A stretch of 64,000 bases of DNA from an uncultured bacterium (GTDB lineage Bacteria > Patescibacteriota > Saccharimonadia > Saccharimonadales > UBA4665). The stretch is from positions 162,088 to 226,087 of the forward strand of contig CAWFIL010000008.1 in NCBI GenBank assembly GCA_963815935.1. The letters are read 5' to 3'. This document shows, piece after piece, positions 1 through 10,006 of this stretch. How positions within the stretch are numbered: the first letter of the stretch is position 1; the number at the start of each line of letters is the position of its first letter. A program made the translations under genes and the position numbers. The notes below the pieces were generated by a model. The model saw only the letters and a list, made by a program, of their open reading frames with translations, did not search any database and had not been told where the DNA came from.

Positions 1-759
1 ATTGAGGGTGCTTTCGAACGTAGCGTACAGTGTGTGTCTACACGATATGGCACGTTTGTTGGCTATTTGCAGAAGCAGATTATTGCTAGCCCATTGCTAG
101 CCAATCTAGATGTCCATGATGGTGATCGTTTTTGTGGCGGCGAGATATCACCAGACGATCCGCTCCGTACGGTGTACCCCGAAATTCGCGGCTACGCACT
201 GGCTATTGGTGATCGCCTACAACAAATGGGTTACCGAGGTATTTTTAGTGTCGACTGTTTAGTAGACCAAAAAGGTAAGGTATTTGTCTTGGAAGTTAAC
301 CCGCGTCTTACAGGTATGACGCCACTGGTTACCGCGCTCTACCGCGAAGGCAAAGATATCCCGTTCTACCTGCTACACATGCTCGAGACTGCTGACATGG
401 AGTACTCCATTGCTGACGCCACGATTGACGCAAATCCACCAGAAGGAGCGCTGATGGTGCTGCATTCGCAAGCAGATACGACAACGCAGATTACTGCTAC
501 GCCTCAGTCGGGCTTATATGACTTGGCTGACCTATCGTTTATTGGCAAGCAGTATCGTTTGCCGGCAGAAGTCGATCGGCGGCATATGCTTGTTCAGCGT
601 TATACGCCACCGGGGTTTAAGATAAAACCCGGTGGCCGGCTGGTCACGGTGCTTACTAATAGCAAAGTAACCAGCGATAGCGATGAGCTACTACCTCGTA
701 CTACCAAGATAATAGAAGAACTTATGAACCAAGTAACCCTCAAGGAGGCAACAAAATGA
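1..759 (+). CDS. ATP-grasp family ligase, C-terminal part (5' end lies outside the window)
   Basis: Frame 1 is open from nt 1. The ATP-grasp core GIFSVDCLVDQKGKVFVLEVNPRLTG is present. The stop overlaps the next start (ATGA at 756-759). Confidence 0.75.
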   Translation: MEGAFERSVQCVSTRYGTFVGYLQKQIIASPLLANLDVHDGDRFCGGEISPDDPLRTVYPEIRGYALAIGDRLQQMGYRGIFSVDCLVDQKGKVFVLEVNPRLTGMTPLVTALYREGKDIPFYLLHMLETADMEYSIADATIDANPPEGALMVLHSQADTTTQITATPQSGLYDLADLSFIGKQYRLPAEVDRRHMLVQRYTPPGFKIKPGGRLVTVLTNSKVTSDSDELLPRTTKIIEELMNQVTLKEATK

Positions 760-1205
760 ACTTGCTACGCAGAAAACTAAAAGCGATTGTTGGACGTGCC
801 GAGCGTATTGATTTCCCCGAGGGGAAGATTGTCGGCGTGCCCGCCAAGATTGACACCGGAGCATACCGTTCTTCGGTATGGGCGTCGGATATTCGGGAAG
901 AAGGCGGTGTTTTGAGATTCAAGCTTCTTGGACCTGCCTCCGAATTTTACTCTGGTCAGGATTGCGAGACAGACAAATACGAGGTTGTCGAGGTTGAGAA
1001 CTCTTTTGGGCACAAAGAAGATCGCTACAGCGTGTTTATGCGCGTCCGTCTGGGGCCAAAAGTGGTGCGCAGCAACTTTACGCTTGCTGACCGCTCCAAA
1101 AAGACCTACCCTGTGCTTATTGGCCGAAAGTTACTGCGCGGACGCTATATCGTTGACGTATCCGAGGGTCAACCATTAGACGACGAGGAGATTGCAGGAT
1201 TATGA
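756..1205 (+). CDS. RimB-like protein (ATP-dependent zinc protease / retropepsin-like DUF785 family) associated with RimK
   Basis: 149 aa. The pattern GRAERIDFPE...VPAKIDTGAYRSSV...VLIGRKLLRGRYIVD is typical of the RimK-associated protease family. The gene is coupled on both sides by ATGA overlaps. Confidence 0.7.
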   Translation: MNLLRRKLKAIVGRAERIDFPEGKIVGVPAKIDTGAYRSSVWASDIREEGGVLRFKLLGPASEFYSGQDCETDKYEVVEVENSFGHKEDRYSVFMRVRLGPKVVRSNFTLADRSKKTYPVLIGRKLLRGRYIVDVSEGQPLDDEEIAGL

Positions 1206-2107
1206 AGATAGCTATTCTGTCGCGCGGTGCGGCAAACTACACAACCAAGCGCCTTAAAGAAGAGGCAATTGCCCGTGGCCACGAAGTTAAGATTATTAAT
1301 TACTCCAAGTGCTACATGGCCATCGAAAAAGGCAATCCAGTGGTGTACTACAAGGGTAAGACACTCGAAGGCTTCGACGCCATCATCCCACGTATTGCCC
1401 AGTCGTACACCAAGTACGGTTGTGCTGTAGTCCGCCAGTTTGAAATGCGCGATGTGTATACCACCGCCAAGTCGATCGCCATCGATCGTTCGCGCAACAA
1501 ACTACGCTCGTACCAGTTGCTGGCAAAGGCCGATGTAGGCATCCCCAAGACAGTCTTTGCCTACGAGACCGCCGATATTGAGGACGTTATTCAGAAAGCC
1601 GGCGGTGCTCCGTTAATTGTTAAGGTCGCTCGTGGCACGCACGGTAACGGTGTTGTATTGGCCGAAACCAACAAAGCTGCCAAGGCGGTAATGCAGGCCT
1701 TCTATGTGGAAGGTGTGAGCTTCCTGGTGCAGGAATTTGTTAAGGAATCTGCTGGTGTGGACATTCGTGCGCTTGTAGTCGGTAGCCAGGTTGTTGCCAG
1801 CGTCAAGCGCCAGAGTTTGGACGACGATTTCCGTTCCAATACTCACCAGGGTGGCGTTGGTAAGCCAGTCAAACTGACCCCAGAAGAGGAGCGGGTAGCT
1901 ATTAAAGCTGCCAAAGCCATGGGCCTGCCAATCTGTGGCGTCGACATGATGCGCAGTGATCGTGGTCCGCTGGTACTAGAAGTTAACTCTTCTGCCAGTA
2001 TTAAAACTCCAGAATTGCTTACGAAGCGTAACGTTGCTGCTAAAATAATTGAGTACATCGAAAAAAATGCCAAGCAACGTAACCGCAAAGATAGAGTCGG
2101 CGCTTAA
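1202..2107 (+). CDS. rimK: Ribosomal protein S6--L-glutamate ligase (ATP-grasp)
   Basis: 301 aa. The N-terminus MKIAILSR, plus VVLAETNKAAKAV, LVQEFV and GVDMMRSDRGPLVLEVNSS, match the RimK family layout. Confidence 0.9.
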   Translation: MKIAILSRGAANYTTKRLKEEAIARGHEVKIINYSKCYMAIEKGNPVVYYKGKTLEGFDAIIPRIAQSYTKYGCAVVRQFEMRDVYTTAKSIAIDRSRNKLRSYQLLAKADVGIPKTVFAYETADIEDVIQKAGGAPLIVKVARGTHGNGVVLAETNKAAKAVMQAFYVEGVSFLVQEFVKESAGVDIRALVVGSQVVASVKRQSLDDDFRSNTHQGGVGKPVKLTPEEERVAIKAAKAMGLPICGVDMMRSDRGPLVLEVNSSASIKTPELLTKRNVAAKIIEYIEKNAKQRNRKDRVGA

Positions 2108-2540
2108 GCGTCGCGAAGCCGTCACCTTACTGGTCGCGGTCGTCGTTTTTGCGATAGCCATTTTGAGCTATCGCCACATGACGCAAACAGGTAAGACACT
2201 AACCTTTGGCGGCCATACCTACACGCTCGAACTAGCTACCACTACCAAGCAGCAAGAGCACGGCCTATCCGACCGACGCTCGATGCCGCGTGACCACGGT
2301 ATGCTATTCGTCTACCAGCAGGAAAAGAAAGAATGTTTCTGGATGAAGGACATGCACTTTCCGTTGGATATGATTTGGCTGGATGCCGATCACAAGGTCA
2401 TCTACATTGCTAATAACGTATCGCCAGACACCTACCCAGATACAATCTGCCCGGGTGACCCTGCCGAGTTTGTAATTGAACTCAACGCGGGGCAGGCTGC
2501 CGAAGCCGGTATTCTGCAAGATAGCGTCCTCCAGTTCTAA
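2067..2540 (+). CDS. DUF192 (COG1430) family protein with an N-terminal TM helix
   Basis: Motifs GLSDRRSMPRDHGMLFVY and FWMKDMHFPLDMIWLD. ATG 2067 was chosen over the track start 2049. It overlaps the 3' end of rimK. Confidence 0.7.
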   Translation: MPSNVTAKIESALKRREAVTLLVAVVVFAIAILSYRHMTQTGKTLTFGGHTYTLELATTTKQQEHGLSDRRSMPRDHGMLFVYQQEKKECFWMKDMHFPLDMIWLDADHKVIYIANNVSPDTYPDTICPGDPAEFVIELNAGQAAEAGILQDSVLQF

Positions 2541-2585
2541 TTGCTCATATCGCTCACGTTTAACGCGTGATATTATGAACTTATC

Positions 2586-3083
2586 ATGCCAAATAACATC
2601 GAGCTTATTGCCGCAATAGTTGTGCCTATAGCTGTGCTTACGGTGCTGCGTATAAACGCGGCCATGGTGTTCTTGAGCCTCTGTTTGGGCTACGTGCTAG
2701 TGCAGTTTGTGGCTAACGATACGGATTCGCTTATTAGCTTCATCGCGCCGAATGCGGGCTCGGTTAGCGCGAGTACACTGCGTTTGGGCATGCTACTGAC
2801 TCCGGTAGTGCTTACGGCAATACTTATGGTGTTTAGTATCCATGGCCGGATACGCGCAGTACTAAACGTGTTGCCTGCGGTGGGCAGCGCCCTGCTCGGT
2901 CTGTTGCTAGCTGTGCCGCTATTAACACCAGGCTTACGCTATGCTATTCAGTCGCAGTCGCTCTGGCAACAAATCAACAAACCCCAGGCGCTCATTGTGG
3001 GTGCTAGTGCCTTTGTCAGTTTGCTGTTTCTGTGGACGCAAAGACGGTCAAGCGAAAAGCTTGCCCGCGGTAAGCATCATTGA
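2586..3083 (+). CDS. Hypothetical multi-pass membrane protein
   Basis: 165 aa with about 4 hydrophobic helices and coding-like composition. No family was recognised. Confidence 0.55.
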   Translation: MPNNIELIAAIVVPIAVLTVLRINAAMVFLSLCLGYVLVQFVANDTDSLISFIAPNAGSVSASTLRLGMLLTPVVLTAILMVFSIHGRIRAVLNVLPAVGSALLGLLLAVPLLTPGLRYAIQSQSLWQQINKPQALIVGASAFVSLLFLWTQRRSSEKLARGKHH

Positions 3084-3149
3084 CTTTTTGTGCAAAATAA
3101 GGATAATATAATCTGTTATTCCCGTCTTGGCCGACCCAAGCAACAAGAT

Positions 3150-3226
3150 GGGCCCATAGCTCAGTTGGTTAGAGCAGCGGCCTTTTAAGCCGCGTGTCCT
3201 GGGTTCGAATCCCAGTGGGCCCTCCA
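3150..3226 (+). tRNA. tRNA-Lys (anticodon TTT), CCA encoded
   Basis: Cloverleaf read by eye: acceptor GGGCCCA/TGGGCCC, anticodon arm GCGGC-CTTTTAA-GCCGC, T arm CTGGG-TTCGAAT-CCCAG. Confidence 0.93.
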
Positions 3227-3240
3227 AATAGATTTACGAA

Positions 3241-3267
3241 AGACTTCCCCGGAAGTCTTTTTATTTT
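3241..3267 (+). terminator. Rho-independent terminator after tRNA-Lys
   Basis: Hairpin AGACTTCC/GGAAGTCT followed by TTTTATTTT. Confidence 0.7.
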
Positions 3268-3281
3268 GCTATGATGTCGGT

Positions 3282-4301
3282 ATGAAAACAGTTATCTTGG
3301 CAGCCGGGTTTGGTAGCCGGTTGTGGCCTATCTCTACTTCAGAAAACCCCAAGCAGTTCCAGCCGCTTATTAACGGTGAATCGTTGCTGGTCTATACCTA
3401 TCGGCAGCTTGCTACCGTCACGCCCGTTGATGAGCTGTATGTGCTTACACTGGAAGGACTCGAAAAGCATGTACGTGCTCAGCTGCCGGACATTGCCGAC
3501 GATCACATCATTTTGGTACCAGAACGTCGCAATACGCTACCACATACCGTATGGGCTCTCCATGCATTGGGTGGTACTCCTGACGAGCCTGTTTTATTCA
3601 AAAGCGTGGATCATTATATGCGGGATGCTGATGCGTTCCTGGCTTCACTTAGCGCCAGTACAGCGCGTTACGACCGCACAAAACCGGCAGTAACGCTGCT
3701 GTGCACTGAGTACACGTCGTTTGACCACAACAACGGCTACTTATTGGCCGATGACTCGAGGCGCATTGTGGAGTATCTCGAAAAGCCTACCGAGGACATG
3801 CTTGAGGCTCTGCGGAGTAAGGGGTCAATCTACTGCTCGCCATTCGTGTATATCGCCTGTCAGTCGGCGCTTGAGGCTGCCTTGGGCAAACTCGATAATG
3901 AATGGTCGAGGGCGGCTACCAAGCTTGTTCGGGCACCTGAATCTGAGTTTAAGCAGCTATTTTTGGGCCTGCCATTCATAGACATTAGCAGTACACTGTT
4001 CCACGACTCTAAAGATTTGATGATGGACACCATCAAATATGATTTCGTAGACGTAGGCAAGTATGATGCGCTATATGCACTGAACGCAAAAGATGTACGA
4101 GGCAATGTGATTATGGGCGAAGTTGTCTTGAGCGATGACTGCCAGAATAACTTTATCTGCAACCGGATGCCGGAGCCTTTGGCTGTTGTTGGCTGCAGTG
4201 ACTCGGTAATCGTGCAAACGCCGCATGGAAGCCTGGTGTCGAGTATGAAAAACGCCAATGACATTGGTGAGCTCTACAAGACACGGATTCTCAAAAAGTA
4301 G
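3282..4301 (+). CDS. Sugar-phosphate nucleotidyltransferase (mannose-1-phosphate guanylyltransferase-like)
   Basis: N-terminal signature ILAAGFGSRLWPIS...NPKQF. The length (339 aa) fits ManC-type nucleotidyltransferases. Confidence 0.7.
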   Translation: MKTVILAAGFGSRLWPISTSENPKQFQPLINGESLLVYTYRQLATVTPVDELYVLTLEGLEKHVRAQLPDIADDHIILVPERRNTLPHTVWALHALGGTPDEPVLFKSVDHYMRDADAFLASLSASTARYDRTKPAVTLLCTEYTSFDHNNGYLLADDSRRIVEYLEKPTEDMLEALRSKGSIYCSPFVYIACQSALEAALGKLDNEWSRAATKLVRAPESEFKQLFLGLPFIDISSTLFHDSKDLMMDTIKYDFVDVGKYDALYALNAKDVRGNVIMGEVVLSDDCQNNFICNRMPEPLAVVGCSDSVIVQTPHGSLVSSMKNANDIGELYKTRILKK

Positions 4302-4337
4302 CCTTTCCTAACACGCAACTGTTGCTACAATGCGCGT

Positions 4338-5801
4338 GTGCTTGGACTTGGCGAACTAGTAAGGCGTTTGAATCGTCAGTATATTGTATGCGCCGCATGC
4401 TTAGCGCTAGCGGCAGGCACACTCGTAGCCCGTGTGTTGCCACTGCACAGTACGGCATGGCTTTGGTCTGTTGTTCCATTTGTAGCCCTGAGTTTACGTC
4501 GGCACAATATTACGACACTGGTGTTGCTGGGCGTGTTAGCTTTCGGGGTAGGGTGGTGGCGAGGCAGCTATTTTGTGCATAGATTAGACATTAACCAGTC
4601 GTTATATGAGCAGAAGGTCACCATAGTGGGCCGTGCCACCGACGACGCAGTATACGGCAAGCAATACCAACTCGAGTTTAGCCTAAGTGACGCCCGGGCG
4701 TTATCGCCCGGCGCGGTTCCGATTGTCGGTGGAATAACGGTGCGCGGATTTGGTGAGCCGGTCATATACCGGGGTGATATCGTGCGCGTGACAGGCAAAT
4801 TATTCCCAACGAGGGGTAACAATGTTGCCTCAATTAGCTATGCAAACCTGACGGTTATGCAACGTGACACGTCGTGGGTGAATGACGTCCGGCGAAAGTT
4901 TGCTGCGGGCATGCAATCGGCGTTGCCGGAGCCGCTGGCATCGTTCTCGCTGGGGCTTTTAATAGGGCAACGTTCCACGCTGCCGGATGAGGTTAACGAT
5001 CAGTTGCGACGTGTCGGCTTGACGCATATCATCGCAGTCTCTGGCGCAAACCTGACTATTATTGTCACGGCTTGTCGCAAGCTGCTCGCCAAGCGGTCGA
5101 AGTTCCAAACAATGGCAAGCTGTCTGCTGTTGCTCGGGCTATTTCTGCTCATGACTGGATCTTGCCCGCCTATTGTGCGTGCAAGCATTATTAGCCTGCT
5201 TGGTTTGTGGGCCTGGTACTACGGACGTGAGATCTCAGCAATTGTGCTGGTACTGGTTGGTGCTGCGATAACCGTGCTAGCCAACCCGCTTTATCTGTGG
5301 GGCAATGTTAGCTGGTATCTGTCGTTTCTGTCATTTTTTGGTGTGCTGATTGTGGGACCTTTGGTGCGAGTAAGGTTGTACGGCGACCGCGAGCCCGGCC
5401 TAGTTAGTGGCGTTGTGTTGGAAACGCTCTGCGCGAGTGTCTTGGTGATTCCGTATGTATTGTATATCTTTGGGCAGACATCGCTGGTTAGTCTGCCTGC
5501 TAACATATTGGTGGTGCCCCTAATTCCGTTTGCAATGCTGCTTGGGCTAGCTGCTGGGTTGGCGGGGATGCTACTGCCAGTGTTAGCTGGCTGGTTTGCA
5601 TGGCCGGCAGTAATGCTACTCACGTACATGCTGGATGTCTCGGCCTTGCTTAGCCGCGTGCCACACGCTTTCGTCGAGCATGTTGGCGTTTCGTGGCAAA
5701 CAATGACGGAGATGTATGGTATCATAGGTGTTGTATTAATTATTCTTCGTAATAAAGCACGCAAACTACGTAAATCTGACCGCCTTAGGCACATGGAGTA
5801 A
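4338..5801 (+). CDS. comEC: ComEC/Rec2 family DNA internalisation channel, without a C-terminal metallo-beta-lactamase domain
   Basis: Many TM helices and the signature GLTHIIAVSGANLTII. An N-terminal OB-like (DUF4131-type) segment is present. Only 487 aa. Confidence 0.8.
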   Translation: MLGLGELVRRLNRQYIVCAACLALAAGTLVARVLPLHSTAWLWSVVPFVALSLRRHNITTLVLLGVLAFGVGWWRGSYFVHRLDINQSLYEQKVTIVGRATDDAVYGKQYQLEFSLSDARALSPGAVPIVGGITVRGFGEPVIYRGDIVRVTGKLFPTRGNNVASISYANLTVMQRDTSWVNDVRRKFAAGMQSALPEPLASFSLGLLIGQRSTLPDEVNDQLRRVGLTHIIAVSGANLTIIVTACRKLLAKRSKFQTMASCLLLLGLFLLMTGSCPPIVRASIISLLGLWAWYYGREISAIVLVLVGAAITVLANPLYLWGNVSWYLSFLSFFGVLIVGPLVRVRLYGDREPGLVSGVVLETLCASVLVIPYVLYIFGQTSLVSLPANILVVPLIPFAMLLGLAAGLAGMLLPVLAGWFAWPAVMLLTYMLDVSALLSRVPHAFVEHVGVSWQTMTEMYGIIGVVLIILRNKARKLRKSDRLRHME

Positions 5802-5814
5802 TCCAGATACCGAT

Positions 5815-6411
5815 ATGTCCACCAAGAATGCACGCCCCAACCGCTCGGAAGTCCGCGCTTCCATCATCAGAACAGCCCGCGATATAGCCGCAAATGAAGG
5901 ATGGTCTGCGGTCACCGTCCGTAAGGTAGCCCAGAGTATAGGCTACACTGCACCGATTATTTATGAGCACTTTGGTAGCAAGGACGAAATGCTCGATCAA
6001 GTCCTCAAGCTTGGCTACGAGACCCTATATGCCGACATGGCGGCAGCTGTCGCTCAAGAAAGCGACAGCGAACGGCGTGTAAGGGCGATCGCCAGAGCTT
6101 ACTGGGACTTTGCTCACGATACGCCTGAACTTTACTTTTTGATGTATGGTATGTGCGGCGCAAAGGCTACAAGCGATGCTGCCCGTGACTATGCCGTACC
6201 GATGGTTAAACTTATTACTGACGAAATGATTGCGTTTAACCCAGCGCGCATTAACACCACCAATGTGGCGTTAATTATGGTGCAGGCTTGGAGCTTTGTG
6301 CACGGCATGATCTCACTTGAAGTGCTGGGCTACACCAGACGGTATGTGCCAAATGACGATTTGCCAACTGTGCTGGCTGCCAACGTCTTGGACGTACTGC
6401 GGAGGCAATAG
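5815..6411 (+). CDS. TetR family transcriptional regulator
   Basis: N-terminal HTH VTVRKVAQSIGYTAPIIYEHFGSKDEML. 198 aa. Confidence 0.85.
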   Translation: MSTKNARPNRSEVRASIIRTARDIAANEGWSAVTVRKVAQSIGYTAPIIYEHFGSKDEMLDQVLKLGYETLYADMAAAVAQESDSERRVRAIARAYWDFAHDTPELYFLMYGMCGAKATSDAARDYAVPMVKLITDEMIAFNPARINTTNVALIMVQAWSFVHGMISLEVLGYTRRYVPNDDLPTVLAANVLDVLRRQ

Positions 6412-6474
6412 CCAACTGTACTCAGAGATGGTATAATCACCCCTGTAGAATTGGTAAAACCTAGGATTATAGAC

Positions 6475-7197
6475 ATGTCTGGACACTCAAAATGGTCGAC
6501 AATCAAGCGACAAAAAGCCGTTACGGACGCTAAGCGTGGCGCTGTATTTACAAAGCTTGGCAACCAAATTGCAATTGCAGCCCGCGGCGGCACTGACCCA
6601 ACCGTAAACTCAACGTTGGCGATGGTTATCGACAAAGCCAAGGCTGCCAATATGCCACTCAACAACATTGAGCGGGCCATCCAGCGCGTTGCCGACAAAA
6701 ATGCTGCCGTGTTACAAGAGGTACTGTACGAGGGCTATGGCCCCGGCGGTGTGGCTATTATTGTTGAGGCCGCTACCGATAACATCAACCGTACATACCC
6801 CGAAGTCCGCCTGGCGTTCTCGAAGCACGGCGGCAACATCGCCGAGAAAGGTGCTGTGGCATTCCAGTTTGACCGCAAGGGCATGCTCCGTGTTAAGGGC
6901 TCGGGTGATGACTTGATGCTCCAGGCGCTCGATGCTGGTGCCGAGGACATGCAGGAAGAGGGTGATGAGTCGGTAGTGTACACTGACCCCAAGGAGTTGG
7001 CTCGTGTGCGCGATACTCTAAAGACTGCTGGCATCCAGGTTACTGAGGCTGAACTGACTTACGTACCTAACAATACTATCGAGGTCACCGACAAAGAAAC
7101 CGCCGGTAAGATCATGCGCCTGATGGATGCACTTGACGACATCGACGATGTGTCCGCTACGCACGTCAACTTTGATATTGCTGAAGACCTGCTCTAA
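6475..7197 (+). CDS. yebC: YebC/PmpR family DNA-binding regulator
   Basis: Diagnostic N-terminus MSGHSKWSTIKRQK at ATG 6475 (the track ORF starts at 6451). Confidence 0.92.
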   Translation: MSGHSKWSTIKRQKAVTDAKRGAVFTKLGNQIAIAARGGTDPTVNSTLAMVIDKAKAANMPLNNIERAIQRVADKNAAVLQEVLYEGYGPGGVAIIVEAATDNINRTYPEVRLAFSKHGGNIAEKGAVAFQFDRKGMLRVKGSGDDLMLQALDAGAEDMQEEGDESVVYTDPKELARVRDTLKTAGIQVTEAELTYVPNNTIEVTDKETAGKIMRLMDALDDIDDVSATHVNFDIAEDLL

Positions 7198-7228
7198 GTT
7201 TCGCCTTGGTCCAAGGTATACTATTCGT

Positions 7229-7705
7229 ATGCGCATACTAGGAATTGATCCCGGGACTGGTATTCTGGGCTTTGGTATTATTGAAATCAAGAATCGCAGG
7301 CCACAGATGGTGGATGCGGGTGTTATTCGGACTCCGGTCAAGGAGGATGATGCCATTCGGCTGGAGACTATCTTCGACGAGCTAACAGATATTATTAGCG
7401 CCAATAAGCCTGACGTTATGTCGGTTGAAAAACTCTTTTTCGCGCGCAATGTTACGACCGCGATGACCGTTGCTCAGGCTCGTGGTGTTGTGCTTTTGTG
7501 CGGCCGCCAAGCTGGACTACCGATATTCGAATATACGCCTATGCAGATCAAGCAGGCTACAACCGGTTATGGCAAAGCGGACAAAAAACAGATACAGGAA
7601 ATGGTTCGAGTGCTCTTGGGACTGTCTGAGATTCCTAAGCCCGACGACTGCGCCGATGCTCTGGCTGCGGCATTAACCCATGCAAACAGCATGAGTGTGG
7701 CATAA
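7229..7705 (+). CDS. ruvC: Holliday junction resolvase RuvC
   Basis: MRILGIDPGTGILGFG at ATG 7229, with ...EKLFFARN... and ...DCADALAAALTH further on. Confidence 0.92.
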   Translation: MRILGIDPGTGILGFGIIEIKNRRPQMVDAGVIRTPVKEDDAIRLETIFDELTDIISANKPDVMSVEKLFFARNVTTAMTVAQARGVVLLCGRQAGLPIFEYTPMQIKQATTGYGKADKKQIQEMVRVLLGLSEIPKPDDCADALAAALTHANSMSVA

Positions 7706-7714
7706 TAGCTGGTG

Positions 7715-8293
7715 ATGATAGCGCTACTAACTGGCACGATTGCCGAAAAGATTGCCGATACCGTAATTATTGACGTCCGTGGTGTAGGCTACGGTGTACT
7801 AGTTACGACCGAGGACTATGGTCTGCTGACACCGGGCTCTGCTGCAAAGTTATACGTGTATGAGCATATTCGCGAGAATATGCATGACCTGTTCGGTTTT
7901 GTTAAACTCGACACCAAACAACTATTTGAGCAGCTACTTAACGTCAACGGTGTGGGTCCAAAAATGGCACTTAGCGTGTTAAGTATTGGCTCGACAAGTG
8001 AGGTACGCCAAGCAATTGCTGCCGGCGATACTAAGTTGATCCAGCGTGCTAACGGAGTAGGGAAACGAGTGGCCGAACGCATTATAGTCGACCTAAAAGA
8101 TAAGGTGGGTCTGGAAGGTGTCGACTTAGCCACGACGGGCATGCTGCAGTCGGATACGCTTATCCGCCGTGATGAGGCTGCTGAAGCTCTTATATCGCTC
8201 GGCTACTCGGCGCAGGACGCTGCCCAGGCCTTGGCAGAAGTGCCGACCAACCTGCCTACCGAAGAGCGCATCAAGCAGGCACTTAGGCACTAG
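7715..8293 (+). CDS. ruvA: Holliday junction branch migration protein RuvA
   Basis: MIALLTG N-terminus and HhH motifs [17 protein letters not shown] and [12 protein letters not shown]. Confidence 0.92.
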   Translation: MIALLTGTIAEKIADTVIIDVRGVGYGVLVTTEDYGLLTPGSAAKLYVYEHIRENMHDLFGFVKLDTKQLFEQLLNVNGVGPKMALSVLSIGSTSEVRQAIAAGDTKLIQRANGVGKRVAERIIVDLKDKVGLEGVDLATTGMLQSDTLIRRDEAAEALISLGYSAQDAAQALAEVPTNLPTEERIKQALRH

Positions 8294-8310
8294 AGAGTAT
8301 ACTTAGAAAC

Positions 8311-9342
8311 GTGATTGAACGAATTGTAAATACAAGCCCGGATGACGATGATCCGCAAGAGCAAGAGCTAGAGAACACGCTTCGTCCTAAAGATTTTGCC
8401 AACTATATTGGGCAGAAACGCCTAAAGCAGAACTTGAAGCTGGCAATTGATGCCGCCAAAAAACGTGGCGAAGCCCTCGACCACATCCTGCTCTATGGGC
8501 CGCCCGGCCTGGGCAAGACTACTATGGCAAGTGTTATAGCCAATGAGATGGGCGCCCAAATTCGTATTACCTCGGGGCCGGCAATTGAACGCGCAGGTGA
8601 TCTTGCGAGCTTGCTGACCAATCTGCAAGATGGTGATATGCTGTTTATCGACGAGATTCACCGGCTCAACCGGACGGTCGAGGAAGTTCTATACTCTGCT
8701 ATGGAAGACTTTAAACTCGACATTATGCTCGGTAAAGGACCAAGTGCTCGCAGCTTGCGCCTTGATCTGCCAAAGTTTACGCTAGTCGGGGCAACTACCC
8801 GTACCGGCGCGCTAGCTGCGCCGTTGCGCGACCGTTTTGGAATGATCCATCGCCTGGAGTTTTACGCTCCGGACGAAATCCAACAGATTATCCAGCGTGC
8901 TGCCACCATCCTTAGTGTGCCCATCGGGCCGGACGCTGCCAAGGAACTAGCCAGTCGCTCGCGTTTGACGCCACGTATTGCCAACCGCTTACTCAAGCGT
9001 GTTCGTGATTTTGCCGACGTCAACGGTGATGGGATTATTGATACTGCCATTAGCCATAAGGCACTTAAACTACTTGAGGTCGACGAGCTTGGCCTTGACC
9101 CTGCAGACCGCATGCTGCTGCTGGCGATTATTGACAACTACAGGGGTGGACCGGTAGGCGTCGAAACACTGGCGGCTTTAACTGCCGAAGAGCGTAGTAC
9201 AATTGAGGATTTCTATGAGCCATACCTTATGCAGATTGGCTTGTTGGAGCGCACCCCACGTGGTCGTAAAGTAACGCATAAGGCATACAAACACTTGGGT
9301 CGGACGCCGCACAGCCACGAGGACCAGGCTAGCCTGGTATAA
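8311..9342 (+). CDS. ruvB: Holliday junction ATP-dependent DNA helicase RuvB
   Basis: Walker [10 protein letters not shown], Walker B/sensor region LFIDEIHRL, and the RuvB C-terminal winged helix. Confidence 0.95.
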   Translation: MIERIVNTSPDDDDPQEQELENTLRPKDFANYIGQKRLKQNLKLAIDAAKKRGEALDHILLYGPPGLGKTTMASVIANEMGAQIRITSGPAIERAGDLASLLTNLQDGDMLFIDEIHRLNRTVEEVLYSAMEDFKLDIMLGKGPSARSLRLDLPKFTLVGATTRTGALAAPLRDRFGMIHRLEFYAPDEIQQIIQRAATILSVPIGPDAAKELASRSRLTPRIANRLLKRVRDFADVNGDGIIDTAISHKALKLLEVDELGLDPADRMLLLAIIDNYRGGPVGVETLAALTAEERSTIEDFYEPYLMQIGLLERTPRGRKVTHKAYKHLGRTPHSHEDQASLV

Positions 9343-9968
9343 TGAAGCCTAGTATGGATAACAAACCCCAACCCAACGAAAAAAAATTACACCCAATGGT
9401 TGTCATGCAACCAGGGGAGCGCATTGTTTGTGAGATCAAACGGCACCCGATCGGTATTCTGTCTCTCTATGTCGGTGCTTTTATCGCGGTGATTATTGCT
9501 GCTGTGGGGCTCTTCTTCTTGATGCCAACTCTACAGGATCAGTATGGGGGCAGCCTGACTATGGTCGTGACGCTCGGCGGTAGCATCGTGTTGGTAGGTC
9601 TTGTGCTCATGCTGTTTATTAGCACGACCGTATATTGGCAAAACCAATGGATTGTGACCACTGATAGCATCACGCAGATTACACAGAATGGGCTATTCGG
9701 CCGTCAAGTGAGCCAGCTGTCACTCGAGAACCTGGAAGACATAACTGTCAAACAGGACGGCATTTTGCCGCACATGTTTAACTATGGTGTCCTTAAGGCT
9801 GAATCCGCCGGTGAACGATCCAAGTTTGTGTTCATTTACTGCCCGAATCCGAACCAGTACGCACGTGATATCCTTGATGCCCACGAGAAGTTCCTTGATG
9901 AACGGCGCAATATCCAGTACGCAGGAGCGGGGGCTGCTCCTGGTACGAACGTCGATACCCAGAGCTAG
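9342..9968 (+). CDS. Membrane protein with a bacterial PH (bPH_2/YdbT-like) domain
   Basis: GERIVCEIKRHP is followed by two TM helices, then WIVTTDSITQI. The start overlaps the ruvB stop (TAATG). Confidence 0.6.
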   Translation: MKPSMDNKPQPNEKKLHPMVVMQPGERIVCEIKRHPIGILSLYVGAFIAVIIAAVGLFFLMPTLQDQYGGSLTMVVTLGGSIVLVGLVLMLFISTTVYWQNQWIVTTDSITQITQNGLFGRQVSQLSLENLEDITVKQDGILPHMFNYGVLKAESAGERSKFVFIYCPNPNQYARDILDAHEKFLDERRNIQYAGAGAAPGTNVDTQS

Positions 9969-10006
9969 ACCTGTCCTACTACCGGCAGGCAATCTGGCTA
10001 TCGGGG

